A DNA stretch of 10,215 bases from Oligoflexus sp. (GTDB lineage: Bacteria > Bdellovibrionota_B > Oligoflexia > Oligoflexales > Oligoflexaceae), in the NCBI GenBank assembly GCA_041736305.1, contig JBGSTX010000302.1:1-10215 (forward strand), in the 5' to 3' direction. A program made the position numbers and the translations under genes. Below the pieces are notes generated by a model, which did no database searches, was not told the DNA's origin, and was given only the letters and a program-made list of their open reading frames with translations. Shown one piece after another: positions 1 through 6,674 of the stretch (the first letter of the stretch is position 1; each line of letters opens with the position of its first letter).

Positions 1-324
1 GAGGCAGCAGTAGCTGAGGCTTCTGCTGCTGCACAGGTCGTTTACCCTACGACTTCTCTTCTCAACCTGCGTGCGGGTCCCGGTAAGAAGCATGCTGTTG
101 CTCGCAAAGCACGTTTCGGTGAAGCGATTAATTTGAGCGGCGAAACTAAAGGTAACTGGCTGAAAACGACGGACGGTCTTTGGGTGTCTAAATCCTTTAC
201 GTCTGCCAGTAAACCTGAACAGTTCAACGATCCAGTTGTCAGCGCACCTGTGAGCGAACCCGCTCCAGCAGCCGCACCAGCTGAAGTTGCCGCGCCTGCT
301 GAACAAGCAATGCCTGCTGAGTAA
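1..324 (+). CDS. SH3b (bacterial SH3) domain-containing protein, 5'-truncated by the window, with Ala/Pro/Glu-rich linkers
   Basis: Frame 1 is open from base 1 to TAA at 322-324, so the ORF-track start at 133 is internal. Translation: EAAVAEASAAAQVVYPTTSLLNLRAGPGKKHAVARKARFGEAINLSGETKGNWLKTTDGLWVSKSFTS. The LNLRAGPG...W...GxWVS pattern is the SH3b signature, followed by a PAPAAAPAE tail. Confidence 0.85.
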   Translation, partial: EAAVAEASAAAQVVYPTTSLLNLRAGPGKKHAVARKARFGEAINLSGETKGNWLKTTDGLWVSKSFTSASKPEQFNDPVVSAPVSEPAPAAAPAEVAAPAEQAMPAE

Positions 325-346
325 ACCCCAGCAGCTAGCTTAGTTT

Positions 347-373
347 GAGAGGTCCCTTAGGGACCTCTTCTTT
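347..373 (+). terminator. Rho-independent terminator after the SH3b gene
   Basis: Perfect 9-bp stem AGAGGTCCC (348-356) / GGGACCTCT (360-368) with a TTA loop, followed by TCTTT. It lies between convergent stops at 324 and 378. Confidence 0.75.
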
Positions 374-377
374 AAAC

Positions 378-1436
378 TTATGCGTTTTGGATGCGAGTTG
401 ATTTGGGATTGCCGTCCCTGCAAGTTTCGTCGATGAGGTGGGGTCTTCCCACATGCTCGAAATCAACTGGATAGCGTAGGATCATTCCACTGGTCATATT
501 GCGTCCAGCGCGTTTGCTGCGATAGAGCATCACGTCAGCTGCCTTGATCAGATCGTCGGACTTCCCTTCGAAGCCTGGATCTACCCAAGCAACTCCAAAG
601 CTACCGGTAAGCTTAGTGGTAAATTGCTCTTTTTTGAATACCGAGCGCAGAATCAAATCGCGCATCGTTTCCGCCATGCCCCAGAGCTCGGCCACCGAGT
701 TAGTGGGAACGCAGATGATAAACTCATCGCCACCGTAGCGCGCTGCTATGGAGCCTTTCGAAATCACGCCTGAGTGCGCGATTAGCCGACCAACTTCCCC
801 AATTACAAAGCTACCAACCAAGTGGTTTGCTGTATCATTGATGCGCTTAAAATGATCGAGGTCGACCATGATCGTACCAAGACCCGTTTCGCCGCGGCGG
901 CAGGCCTTGATCAATTTCTGATATTCAAGGTTGAAAGCCCGCATATTGCTCAGGCCGGTCAGTTCATCGGTTAAGCTCAGCACTTTGAGGTGATGGTTGG
1001 CGGAACGCAGACGATCGGTCATGGCTTTGAAGCGGAAAACTGCATTAATGCGTGCGACGACTTCCCGATCGCTAGCTTTCTCGTCTATAAAATCGTCGCC
1101 ACCGTGTTCCAGCACTTTCTCTAAAATGCCGTCTACGGCAGGCGACTCTTTGCTAAAAAATATGAGGCCCGTGTGTCGATCTCGCTCCTGGGCCCGAATC
1201 CGACGGCAGAACTCGAAAGCGTCGTTTCCAGAATAATCCAGATCTATGAGGATGACATCGGGGTGCTTTCTGGTGAAAAGTTCGAAAGAGCTTTCTAGGC
1301 CCGCTGGGCTTAGGATGCTCTCTACCGCATAGGGAGATTCTAGGTTATTATAGTGACGCGGGTCCGCGATGATTTTGGTGAGCCTAGAGCTTGCTTCAGT
1401 AGAGCTAGCTTCGGGCTCGACAATCATTATCCTCAT
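378..1436 (-). CDS. Response-regulator diguanylate cyclase (REC + GGDEF), about 352 aa
   Basis: Receiver features: beta1 MRIMIVE, PDVILIDLD (Asp65), LIFFS and GGDDFI. These are followed by the helical linker and TDELTGLSN, MVDLDHFKRINDTANHLVG, ARYGGDEF (GGDEF at 720-734), SFGVA and ADVMLYRSKRAGRN. Start moved from 1676 to ATG 1436 because the extra 80 aa are not domain-like, overlap the divergent PBP start and span a promoter-like motif. Confidence 0.93.
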   Translation of the reverse strand: MRIMIVEPEASSTEASSRLTKIIADPRHYNNLESPYAVESILSPAGLESSFELFTRKHPDVILIDLDYSGNDAFEFCRRIRAQERDRHTGLIFFSKESPAVDGILEKVLEHGGDDFIDEKASDREVVARINAVFRFKAMTDRLRSANHHLKVLSLTDELTGLSNMRAFNLEYQKLIKACRRGETGLGTIMVDLDHFKRINDTANHLVGSFVIGEVGRLIAHSGVISKGSIAARYGGDEFIICVPTNSVAELWGMAETMRDLILRSVFKKEQFTTKLTGSFGVAWVDPGFEGKSDDLIKAADVMLYRSKRAGRNMTSGMILRYPVDFEHVGRPHLIDETCRDGNPKSTRIQNA

Positions 1437-1501
1437 GGACTTTTTAGTTGTTTGTTTCACGATTGCCTCAAGTAGGGGTAAACAACAACTCTTCGAGATG
1501 A

Positions 1502-1528
1502 GTATCGGCGAAGCCTTGAAAAATTTAA
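1502..1528 (-). promoter_or_regulatory. Putative sigma28 (FliA)-type promoter for the diguanylate cyclase
   Basis: Minus strand reads TTAA-ATTTTTCAAGGCTTC(15)-GCCGATAC, versus consensus TAAA-N15-GCCGATAA. It lies about 65 bp upstream of ATG 1436. Confidence 0.6.
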
Positions 1529-1655
1529 GCTTAATTGAATCTAGTCGGCAAAACCTCGAGAAAGACTCATTGTTCTGACAAAAATGCACTTGCAAAAACC
1601 GCAAAGCTTGGCCATGACTTTGCAGCCAATAGCCGATTTTCGGCAGAAATAGTCG

Positions 1656-3785
1656 ATGAAACAGAGACTTATCCAAAAATTTAGAAAACTTATTCCCAGT
1701 CGCATCCTCTCTAGCATGCGTATCTCCTCGAAAAGGTTCGGCTTTCCAGCAAATAAGCCTGGGAGCTGGGATCGCTTGAAAAAGCTTTTTATCATTATTG
1801 GGGGACTGGGCTTTCTTACGGGCGTGTCAGGAGCCATATTCCTCTACGCATGGCTGCAGCAGACCGGAGTCACCCGGCTGGACAAATCCAGGCTGAATAT
1901 CATTATCGACTATAAGCACGCGGACAACTCTGTGGTCTTTGATCGCGAAGGTGAGAAGATCGGCGAGTTTTTCAGTGACTATCACGTGTTCATTCCCTAT
2001 GAGAAACTGCCGCCTCGTCTCGTGCAGGCCGTCCTCGCCGTCGAAGACCGACATTTTTTCAAACACCACGGCATCGACGTGCGCGGTATCATCAGAGCCG
2101 TCTTCGCTTCACTTCGCACCGGTTCCTTTACTCAAGGCGGGAGCACGATCACGCAGCAGGTCGTGCGGAACTTTCTCTTGAGTAAGGAGAAGACTTTCGA
2201 GCGCAAAATCAAGGAAGCCCTGCTTTCACTGCAGCTCGAGCGCCACCTTAGCAAGGAAAAAATTCTAGAAATTTATCTCAACGCCCTCTTCTTGGGCCAG
2301 GGAGCCTATGGAGCAGGTGCCGCCGCAGAGAGGCATTTTGGAAAGCCCCTCGAAGAGCTCGAACTGCACGAGCTAGCTCTCATCGCCGGCCTCTTTCAGT
2401 CGCCAAGTCGCTACAATCCCCATCGCTATCCTAGTCTGGCCCGGAAGCGCCAGCAGCTAGTTCTGAAGGCTATGCGCGCCAGTGGCTTTCTTTCAGAAGC
2501 TGAATACAAAAAAGCCAAAAAAATGCCACTGAAGTACCAAGGGCAGATGAGTCTTAATACAACCTTCGCGCCCTACTTTATCGACGCGGTGCAAGAGCAG
2601 GTTGAAAAGCTGCTGACTTCGGATGTCAAAGGCAAGGGGCTGCGCATCTATACCAGTCTCGATCTCAAGCTGCAGAAGACTGCGAATGAAGTTTTCGTGC
2701 AGGCCAAAGATCACTTCCGCCTCGCTGCCCACAAGATCGCGAATATCAAGCAGCCCGACGAGAAAATGGTTGAAGGCGCGGCCTTGATGCTCGATCACAG
2801 CAGCGGTGAAGTCTTAGCCATGATCGGTGGCCGCGACTTTGCCCGTTCGCAGTTCAACCGGACCATGAAAGCGAAGAGAGCTCCAGGCTCGGCCTTCAAG
2901 CCCATCGTCTATGCCCAGGCCCTACTGGGAGGGCTCAAGTGGTCAGACATAACACTGGTGGCTCCGATCGTCATTCAGGACTATCGACCTCAGAACACAG
3001 CTGGCGAGTTCCTTACTGAAGTGACTTACTACAACTCTTTTTATCGCTCGCTCAATACCCCTCTGGTCGAGCTCGGCCATCGAGTGGGCTCCAAAAAAGT
3101 CCTTGAATTGGCCAAAAAGATGGGGATACAGAGCGAGCTCAAGAATCAGGCCGGAACCTTTCTCGGCGGTTCAGAGCTAAGTCTCATGGATATGGCCAGC
3201 GCCTACAGCACGATCGCCAACTACGGAATCTATCGTGAACCGCGTATGATCCGCAAGATTACTGATAGAGACGGTACTGTCCTCTGGGAGGCCCCTCCGC
3301 TCGAGGCGTCTCCGGAGCGAGTTCTACCGGAGGCCACCTCTTATCTGCTTCTGGATGCGCTACAGGCAGTGTTTAGACATGGTACAGCGAATCAGTACGC
3401 AGAATTCGGAACTCATCTCGCCGGCAAGACTGGGACCACCAATGAGGCCAAGGACAATTGGTTCTGCGGTATGAGTGACAAGATCACAACCATCGTCTGG
3501 GTGGGTACTGACAGCAACCTAGCTTTCACGGGTTCAGCCGGCGGCAACACCCTGGCACTCCCTCTCTGGGTCAAACTCATGCAGAGAGCGCAGAGACACT
3601 ATCCCTTCGAGGCCTTCAAAGTGCCTCAGGGTATTGTTCGCGAAAACGTGCACCCGCTTTTTGGACATAAAATGGAGAAGGGTGTATCCATGCCTTTCAT
3701 AGAGGGTCAGGTTCCCGAGGCAACTGAATCCGCCTTTGCCATCGTTCGGGATAGTGGCAATTACCGCGATTTTTTGGATCGTTAA
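1656..3785 (+). CDS. mrcA: Class A bifunctional penicillin-binding protein, PBP1A family (transglycosylase/transpeptidase)
   Basis: Basic N-terminus and one TM helix (LFIIIGGLGFLTGVSGAIFLYAWL). GT51 motifs EDRHFFKHHG (2043), GGSTITQQVVRN, RKIKE and KEKILEIYLN. Transpeptidase motifs SAFK (2889-2900), SLN (3048-3056) and KTG (3426). Start could be 1656 or 1716. The symbol is a family-level call. Confidence 0.93.
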   Translation: MKQRLIQKFRKLIPSRILSSMRISSKRFGFPANKPGSWDRLKKLFIIIGGLGFLTGVSGAIFLYAWLQQTGVTRLDKSRLNIIIDYKHADNSVVFDREGEKIGEFFSDYHVFIPYEKLPPRLVQAVLAVEDRHFFKHHGIDVRGIIRAVFASLRTGSFTQGGSTITQQVVRNFLLSKEKTFERKIKEALLSLQLERHLSKEKILEIYLNALFLGQGAYGAGAAAERHFGKPLEELELHELALIAGLFQSPSRYNPHRYPSLARKRQQLVLKAMRASGFLSEAEYKKAKKMPLKYQGQMSLNTTFAPYFIDAVQEQVEKLLTSDVKGKGLRIYTSLDLKLQKTANEVFVQAKDHFRLAAHKIANIKQPDEKMVEGAALMLDHSSGEVLAMIGGRDFARSQFNRTMKAKRAPGSAFKPIVYAQALLGGLKWSDITLVAPIVIQDYRPQNTAGEFLTEVTYYNSFYRSLNTPLVELGHRVGSKKVLELAKKMGIQSELKNQAGTFLGGSELSLMDMASAYSTIANYGIYREPRMIRKITDRDGTVLWEAPPLEASPERVLPEATSYLLLDALQAVFRHGTANQYAEFGTHLAGKTGTTNEAKDNWFCGMSDKITTIVWVGTDSNLAFTGSAGGNTLALPLWVKLMQRAQRHYPFEAFKVPQGIVRENVHPLFGHKMEKGVSMPFIEGQVPEATESAFAIVRDSGNYRDFLDR

Positions 3786-5318
3786 ATGCATCGAATGCTT
3801 AGTTCAGCCGGGCAGAAAATGCTTGGATCTTTGCTGCTGCTCACTTGCTCGGGAGCGTTGGCAGGCGTGCGTCATGCGATAGTGGAACGAGACAACTCGA
3901 TAGAGCAAAGCTCGACTGGATCTGAAGAGTTCAGCAGGTGCAGTCAGCTTTTTCAGAACAGTGTCTTCTTCTACCAGATGCTGGCCAAAAAATTACCGAC
4001 TGATTTCAAGAAAGTTCCCCAGCTTCCGACTTATCCTCTCCTCCACATGAAGCAAAGCGACTGTCGCGAGAACTTGCTTGCAAAGCAGATCAACCACGCG
4101 CTCTCCACGCATTCGGGAAAGATAGGCCTGCTCCTTCCCCTTTCCTCCTGGCCCGATAGTACCCGACAGGCGGTGGTGGCTCAAATCAATGCGTTGGTGC
4201 AGGCTAGAGGCGCTGATCCTGCCAAGACTTTGGTTTGGATGGACACTTATGGAACGCGGGAAGGCCTCGAAAGCCGCCTGGCGCAAATGGTTTTTGTTCA
4301 CCATGTAGGGCTCTTGATCGGCGGCCTGACGCTGGCCGAAGCTCCGGTCTTGGCCAGCTGGGCCCATGCCCTGCGGATTCCTAGCATCATACTGAATCGT
4401 CGCAATGAGAAGGCCAGCTCGAAGTATATCTTCTATCTGGGTCCCGATCTCCGCATGATGGCCTCGAGTCTGACCCGACATGCGCTCGATCGAGGTTTGC
4501 GAAGAATCACGATTATGATGCCGCAGTCTTCCCGTGATGGTGTGCTGGTCGATAATTTCATAGAGCAAGCCAAGCATCTTGGTCTCGAAATTGATGGCCC
4601 TTACCTCTACCAAAACTACGACTATCCAAGTATGGATAGCATCGTCCGCAAGATTTTCCGTATCGAAGATCCGGCCCGTGCCGCAGAACAACTCGAACTC
4701 ATGACCCGGATGAAGGAGAAGGCGGAGAAGGAAGGCGCATCATTCGACAGCCGCAGTGCCGTGCTGCCTCCGCAAGTCGATACGAGTGCCGTGATGATAG
4801 TCGACAACTTTAAAAACGTGAGGCATCTGGTTCGTATCATGAACTTCTACGGGGTCAGGCGCCTTCCGCTACTCGGCGTCCCGAAGTGGAGGGCTTTTGA
4901 GCTGGTGGATTCATCGGAGGAAATGCTGCGGGGCTCGGTCTTCGTCGACTATATCGGGAGGTACCAGGACCTTCCCTATCAGATTAAACCGCAGCTGGCA
5001 GAATCGGACTTTTTCGTTAAACCTACTGAAGCCGGGGCGACCGATCTCAAACTCGTTATCGCCCATGCCGTCTATGCCGCGCAGCAGGCTCTAGCTGGTG
5101 AGCGCACACCCCGTTTCGCTCTTTACCGGCGCCTAGAGAGCAGCCAGCCGCCTCCCGGCACCTTCTTCGCGACGCCTACCATCTTTCGGTCTAATCATCT
5201 TTCTTATTGGCCTAGTTTTGTATTTTCGGCGGCGGATAGAACGCTGCAGATGCTGCAGATCTGGAACCCAACTCAGCCAGATAAAAAATCCTCTACCAGT
5301 TCTCTAGCGAAACCTTGA
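3786..5318 (+). CDS. Exported type I periplasmic-binding-fold protein, LppC/LpoA-like (putative penicillin-binding protein activator)
   Basis: Signal-like N-terminus (MLGSLLLLTCSGALA). Contains KIGLLLPLS (4119-4145), LVWMDT, LLIGGL, IPSIILN, RRITIMMPQ..DG..LVDNF and LPLLG..W, the strand pattern of LppC/Peripla_BP_6-type domains. ATG directly follows the PBP stop (TAAATG). Confidence 0.65.
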   Translation: MHRMLSSAGQKMLGSLLLLTCSGALAGVRHAIVERDNSIEQSSTGSEEFSRCSQLFQNSVFFYQMLAKKLPTDFKKVPQLPTYPLLHMKQSDCRENLLAKQINHALSTHSGKIGLLLPLSSWPDSTRQAVVAQINALVQARGADPAKTLVWMDTYGTREGLESRLAQMVFVHHVGLLIGGLTLAEAPVLASWAHALRIPSIILNRRNEKASSKYIFYLGPDLRMMASSLTRHALDRGLRRITIMMPQSSRDGVLVDNFIEQAKHLGLEIDGPYLYQNYDYPSMDSIVRKIFRIEDPARAAEQLELMTRMKEKAEKEGASFDSRSAVLPPQVDTSAVMIVDNFKNVRHLVRIMNFYGVRRLPLLGVPKWRAFELVDSSEEMLRGSVFVDYIGRYQDLPYQIKPQLAESDFFVKPTEAGATDLKLVIAHAVYAAQQALAGERTPRFALYRRLESSQPPPGTFFATPTIFRSNHLSYWPSFVFSAADRTLQMLQIWNPTQPDKKSSTSSLAKP

Positions 5319-5322
5319 TCGC

Positions 5323-6255
5323 TCAAAAATCGTCGACGTCGGTAGCAAAGCCTGAACCGTCGCAGATGCCCTGGCTACTAAACTCTTGACTGAGGTCAGT
5401 ATCACAGACAGTTGCGCCTTGAAAGTTGGCCGTTTCCATCGTCGCCTGTTGGAACTGGGCGCCGTTAAGCTGGGCTCGGGTAAAATTAGCTCCTTGGAGG
5501 TGAGCTCGACTGAGATTGGTCGAGAGGAGACTGGCTCCCCTTAGATTGGCATCGCGCAGCTGGGCACCGATCATTTGGGCGCTATCGAGATTGCTCTCTT
5601 GGAGTTGGGCTTTGTTGAGATTGCTCGCACGAAGGTCGCTAGATTCGAGATTAGCCTTCTGCAGGCGCGCTCCCTCTAGGTTAGCACCGCGGAAATTGGA
5701 GCGAGAGAGATCGGTCCCGGCGAGATTAATAGCCCGCAGATCCGTCTTGCTGAAGTCAGTTTGAAAGAAGCTAGCCTTTCTCAAATTGGCTCCTTGTAGG
5801 GAAGCCCCCTCAAAGCGAGTGTCGTTCAGCTGAGCGCCCGAAAAATCTACATCCCGCAAATCTGCTTTAAAGAAAACACTGTCGTTGAGGAGGGCCGCTT
5901 TCAGGATAGCTCCCTGAAGCTTGGCCCCGCTCAAGTTGGCTTCCGAAAGATCAGCATCGGAAAGGTTAGCCTTCCGCAGATCAGCTCCGCTCAGGTTGGC
6001 TCCCCGCAACGATACGTTGCGGAGATCGCGACCGCTGAGTTTCGCACCGCGTAGGTCAGCTCCATCTAAAACCACGTGAGTGAGATCGAGGCCACTCAGC
6101 GCTTCGCCCGCGAGGCGACAGCCTTTGCAGCTTCTAGTCTCCATCATCCGTGCTTTATGCTCTTGATTGAGAGCCTGAGCCTCAGGTATGAGAGCTATGC
6201 ATAGCCCGATGAGAGCTAAGAACTTCTTCATTTGTAGACTTATTTTGATTTTCAT
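5323..6255 (-). CDS. Secreted pentapeptide-repeat (Rfr-fold) protein
   Basis: Signal peptide MKKFLALIGLCIALIPEAQA|L, an N-cap CKGC, then about 49 consecutive A(D/N)Lxx-type units from CRLAG to TDLSQ. AAAGG lies upstream of ATG 6255; alternative start 6231. Confidence 0.93.
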   Translation of the reverse strand: MKIKISLQMKKFLALIGLCIALIPEAQALNQEHKARMMETRSCKGCRLAGEALSGLDLTHVVLDGADLRGAKLSGRDLRNVSLRGANLSGADLRKANLSDADLSEANLSGAKLQGAILKAALLNDSVFFKADLRDVDFSGAQLNDTRFEGASLQGANLRKASFFQTDFSKTDLRAINLAGTDLSRSNFRGANLEGARLQKANLESSDLRASNLNKAQLQESNLDSAQMIGAQLRDANLRGASLLSTNLSRAHLQGANFTRAQLNGAQFQQATMETANFQGATVCDTDLSQEFSSQGICDGSGFATDVDDF

Positions 6256-6338
6256 AATGGAACCTTTTCTCTAAAGACCTCGCCGCCTATGCACCCTTGT
6301 ACCCTCCGGCGAGATCGGGTCGCCCCTACTGCTAAGGA

Positions 6339-6365
6339 TTATCGGACCAATCTCTCCCAATCTAA
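6339..6365 (-). promoter_or_regulatory. Putative sigma28-type promoter for the pentapeptide gene
   Basis: Minus strand TTAG-N15-TCCGATAA (7/8 match to GCCGATAA), about 84 bp upstream of ATG 6255. Confidence 0.4.
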
Positions 6366-6411
6366 TAAGGACGTATTAGTCCCGATCTTTCAGATAGTTC
6401 AGTAAACAATT

Positions 6412-6438
6412 TAAGTTTTCGGGCTCTGCAGCCGAGCT
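6412..6438 (+). promoter_or_regulatory. Putative sigma28-type promoter facing the transglutaminase gene
   Basis: TAAG(TTTT)-N15-GCCGAGCT. Spacing is correct, but the 3' end of the -10 box is degenerate. Confidence 0.35.
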
Positions 6439-6575
6439 TCAGCATGCTTTTATTTACGTCAAGACATTTTGCATCCTAAGTAATAGTAATCTATAGATAT
6501 TTTAGGAATTTCAAAAAGCTCATTCTAGCGGAATGCCAAACGTGTATCTTAATTTTTAGCGGGTCTCTAAGAAGA

Positions 6576-6603
6576 TTGACAACAAATGGAGACACATCAT
6601 AGT
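6576..6603 (+). promoter_or_regulatory. Putative sigma70 promoter for the transglutaminase gene
   Basis: Perfect -35 TTGACA (6576-6581), 16-nt spacer and -10-like CATAGT (6598-6603) in an AT-rich intergenic region. An RBS GAGGA lies at 6664-6668. Confidence 0.45.
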
Positions 6604-6674
6604 TTGTGGAAAAGTTTTATGCGCAACCCTTCATCGCTAATCTTTCTAAAAATTGCATAGTTTGAGGATGTTTT

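Noticed and set aside
1437..1676. 80-aa N-terminal extension of the GGDEF ORF in the track
   Set aside because: AT-rich, not domain-like, overlaps the divergent PBP start and contains a promoter-like motif. The receiver fold begins at Met 1436.
3993..4691. 232-aa antisense ORF
   Set aside because: Lies wholly opposite the LppC-like gene and has no recognisable motifs, so it is a shadow ORF.
5390..6120. 15-bp periodic DNA repeats resembling an array
   Set aside because: Fully explained by pentapeptide coding. Not CRISPR, as there are no identical repeats with unique spacers.
5323..6255. qnr/mfpA quinolone-resistance assignment
   Set aside because: The signal peptide, greater length and lack of Qnr loop insertions argue against it.
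6270..6335. c-di-GMP-I (GEMM) riboswitch call
   Set aside because: Only superficial similarity (GNRA loop plus second stem). The conserved GCAAA/GGCAAAC and tetraloop-receptor elements were not found.
6474..6507. Palindrome ATCTATAGAT flanked by TCCTAA/TTAGGA as an operator
   Set aside because: The repeats are short, AT-rich and not concentric, and no regulator can be assigned.
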